This document shows, in pieces, positions 61,404 to 64,000 of a DNA stretch of 64,000 bases (position 1 is its first letter; each line of letters opens with the position of its first letter). The position numbers were made by a program, and so were the translations under genes. The notes beneath the pieces are model-generated. The model was not told where the DNA came from. It did no database searches and saw nothing but the letters and a program-made list of their open reading frames with translations. Origin of the DNA: Candidatus Rariloculus sp. (GTDB taxonomy: Bacteria > Pseudomonadota > Gammaproteobacteria > Steroidobacterales > Rariloculaceae); assembly GCF_965263005.1 (NCBI RefSeq), contig NZ_OZ253579.1:1911399-1975398 (forward strand). Reading direction: 5' to 3'.

Positions 61404-63503
61404 TCACGGTGTGGCCGGCACGTCGGCCAGTACATCCACAATATAACGCGTCACGTCGCGTATTTGCGCCTCCGAGTAGACGCTTGCGAAGCCCGGCATC
61501 GTATTTCGGCCCGAGCTTGCGATTGCGGCGATGTCCTCGGCGCCAAGCTCCGCGATGAGTGTCGGGCCGCCGCCGTGGCCGCCGTCCCCGGCATCGCCGT
61601 GACATGCCACGCACGCTTCGAGATAAACGGTCCGGCCGAGTTCGGGGTCGCCGGGCCGATCGTCGACTTCAGGCGCCGGTACGAACCGCGGCCCGCCGAA
61701 TCCCGCGCCTGCGCCGGCCGGCAGCGATTTCATCGTGCCGTTCAACGAGAACATCCACACGCCGTCACCGCGCGTCGCGCCCGCGAACACGCCGCCGCCC
61801 GCGTGCATGACGACATACTGCTCGCCATCGTGCCCGAACGTCGTGACCGTCGTGTTGACGCCGGCGTCGGTCATGAACTCCCACAGAAGCGCGCCATTGC
61901 GCTTGTCGAGCGCCGTCAGCCGGCCATCGTTGCGGCCGACGAACAGCAGCCCCCCGGCCGTGACGATCGATCCGCTGTAACAGATCTCACGCCACTGCTG
62001 CCGCCACGCGAGCCGGTTCGTGGTCACGTCGAGAGCGGCGAAGATGCCGCGGTCATCGGCTTCAGTCTGCGTGAACCGGCCGCCCATGTAGACCTGGTTC
62101 GCCACGGGCGCCGGGAGGTCCTCGTCGACCCTGAACGCGCTGATCCGGTCGGTCGCGCAGACGTACAGGAGATTCGTATCGGGGTCGTACGAGCTCGGCG
62201 GCCAGTTCGCGCCGCCCATCGTGCCCGGCTTGACCGCGACAGGGTCGATCCAGAACGGCGTGAAGATCCTGCCGTCGTTGACGATGCGGCCCTGCCCGTC
62301 GAGGAGCGGCGTGCCCTCGGGCGGAATGTCGATCGACTGCGGCACGATCGCGTCGCCGAGCGGATACGGTTGCGTCGCGGCGGTCGCCTGCCTCGGTTCC
62401 TGCGGCACGGGCCGCTCTTCGATGCCGATCAGCGGTTCGCCCGTTTCGCGATCGAGGATGTAGGCCCAGCCGGTCTTCGAAACCTGGACGAGGCCGCGGC
62501 GCAGCTCGCCGTCGATTTCGGCATCGAAGAGCACCACGGGATTCGGCGAATCGTAGTCCCAGATGTCGTGATGCACCTGCTGGAAGTGCCACCGGTACTC
62601 GCCGGTTTGAACGTCCACGGCGACGATCGCAACGCTGAACAGATTGTCGCCGGAGCGCACGCCGCCGTGCAGGTCGGGACCCGGATTGCCGGTCGAGAAA
62701 TATACGAGGCCGAGTTCGGGATCGACGGCCGGCGTCTGCCACACGGGCGCACCGCCGAATTGCCAGGCGTCGCTGTCTGCGGGCCACGTGTCGTGGCCGA
62801 ACTCGCCGGGTCCGGGCACGGTGTTGAACGTCCACCGCAAGCTCCCGTCAGCCGCGTCGAAAGCCTTGACCCGGCCGCGGCTCGCCATCTCGCCGCCCGA
62901 AAATCCCGTGATCACGAGGCCGTCGTAATAAAGCGGCGCGCTCGTGATGCTGAAGCCATCCCGCCAGCGCTCCGCCTCGATCGACCAGACCACGTCGCCG
63001 GTGCGCTGATCGAGTGCGACGAGCCTGGCGTCGAGTTGCGCGAGATAGATCTTGCCGTCGCCCATGGCGACGCCGCGGCTCGACTTGCCCATCGGCACGC
63101 CGGCCGCCTGGTCCGGGTTGCCGTGGTAGGTCCAGAGAATTTCACCGGTCTCAACGGCCATCGCGAAGACGTCGTTCGCGCCATTGACGACATAGAGCGT
63201 GCCTTCATAGACGAGAATTTGCGCCTGGCCGGAATTGTTCGGACTCGCGCCCGACCCCATACTCGTGCGCCACAGCGCCCTGAGTTCAGCCACGTTATCG
63301 CGATCGATCAGGTCCAGCGGCGAATGGCGCTGATTGAAGACATTCCCGCCGTTCGTGATCCAGTTTCTCGTCGGGGGTGCTGTGAGCTCGTCCGCATCGA
63401 AGGCCGGCGATGCTGCGATGTCGGCGAACGCGAGCCGTTGAGCCGCGGCCGCAAATACCACGATTACGATGCAGACCGTCTTGCGGATGAAGAGTCCGGA
63501 CAT
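61404..63503 (-). CDS. PQQ-dependent dehydrogenase with C-terminal cytochrome c (paralog 2)
   Basis: QRHSPL..IDRDNV, HHDIWDYD, CVACH; lacks the vicinal CC; ATG 63503 precedes a signal peptide. Confidence 0.9.
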   Translation of the reverse strand: MSGLFIRKTVCIVIVVFAAAAQRLAFADIAASPAFDADELTAPPTRNWITNGGNVFNQRHSPLDLIDRDNVAELRALWRTSMGSGASPNNSGQAQILVYEGTLYVVNGANDVFAMAVETGEILWTYHGNPDQAAGVPMGKSSRGVAMGDGKIYLAQLDARLVALDQRTGDVVWSIEAERWRDGFSITSAPLYYDGLVITGFSGGEMASRGRVKAFDAADGSLRWTFNTVPGPGEFGHDTWPADSDAWQFGGAPVWQTPAVDPELGLVYFSTGNPGPDLHGGVRSGDNLFSVAIVAVDVQTGEYRWHFQQVHHDIWDYDSPNPVVLFDAEIDGELRRGLVQVSKTGWAYILDRETGEPLIGIEERPVPQEPRQATAATQPYPLGDAIVPQSIDIPPEGTPLLDGQGRIVNDGRIFTPFWIDPVAVKPGTMGGANWPPSSYDPDTNLLYVCATDRISAFRVDEDLPAPVANQVYMGGRFTQTEADDRGIFAALDVTTNRLAWRQQWREICYSGSIVTAGGLLFVGRNDGRLTALDKRNGALLWEFMTDAGVNTTVTTFGHDGEQYVVMHAGGGVFAGATRGDGVWMFSLNGTMKSLPAGAGAGFGGPRFVPAPEVDDRPGDPELGRTVYLEACVACHGDAGDGGHGGGPTLIAELGAEDIAAIASSGRNTMPGFASVYSEAQIRDVTRYIVDVLADVPATP

Positions 63504-63942
63504 GAGTTGCCTCGCTGCGACCGGTGCCTGGCCTTGTTGCCGCCATGGTACGACAACTTCGCCGCACTGCGGCACGGCCAATTGCGGCTGCCGCGTCGGA
63601 GTCGATACGAAACACCTGGTCTGCAGAGTGATCAGGCCTAACGGTGAGCCCGACGCAGCGCGCGAGTCCGCGGCTGCGTGAACGCCGACCGTGCTGCCGC
63701 GCACCAGCATGGCGTTGATTTCGCTGCGATCCAGGGCCGGATCGGGACCGCCCGTTCCTGTTCCCGATTGATCGCAGGTCAGGGCGAGCCGGATGAACGG
63801 CAGCAGCGTTGGTTTGTGTCGAAACATGGTAATTTTTTGCTTTAAAACCGGCCGATGATCTACGCATTTGTATTTCGGATGTGTACAATTCACCACGTGC
63901 TAAGGTCACATGGCAGGGCGCACCTGCAAAGGAACAACAACC

Positions 63943-64000
63943 ATGCGAAGTCACTGTATTAGAACTGCCACGATCGGAATCGTCGCCGCCGGCACGGCGG
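63943..64000 (+). CDS. 5' end of a probably exported protein
   Basis: AAGGA RBS, then MRSHCIRTATIGIVAAGTA running off the window. Confidence 0.55.
   Translation, partial: MRSHCIRTATIGIVAAGTA

Overview
GC-rich bacterial window, probably proteobacterial (inferred from the TonB, PQQ and gcv protein types), in four blocks. (1) About 1-21,100 is a decayed integrative element or defence island. It holds Cro/Xis-like HTH genes, remnants of an S24-type repressor and a tyrosine integrase, and a small winged-HTH-like gene beside an iteron/IHF/AT-rich origin-like region. Cargo includes a nuclease-NACHT protein, a TM-HEPN-like protein, DUF3800, an unknown protein paired with a trypsin-like protease, an OLD-family nuclease, and stacked IS fragments, among them an IS110 leader resembling a bridge RNA. 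(2) About 21,170-27,900 is gcvH-gcvP-gcvT, split by an opposite-strand higBA toxin-antitoxin pair and a frameshifted secreted-protein gene. (3) About 29,200-53,700 is a surface-chemistry locus. It has two paralogous Cys-rich TonB-dependent receptors (the second internally deleted), TIGR02466/DUF6445-type Fe(II) oxygenases, tandem FG-GAP/ASPIC lipoproteins, a lipoprotein vanadium haloperoxidase, a flavin-dependent halogenase, a sulfotransferase, a TPR-GT41 glycosyltransferase and rfbBC. (4) About 54,600-63,500 has a triple-SnoaL exported protein, two PQQ/cytochrome c dehydrogenases, a stilbene-type cleavage dioxygenase and a coupled Tat-signal micro-protein. No rRNA, tRNA or CRISPR array was seen. 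All family calls come from motif recognition by eye, not database searches.
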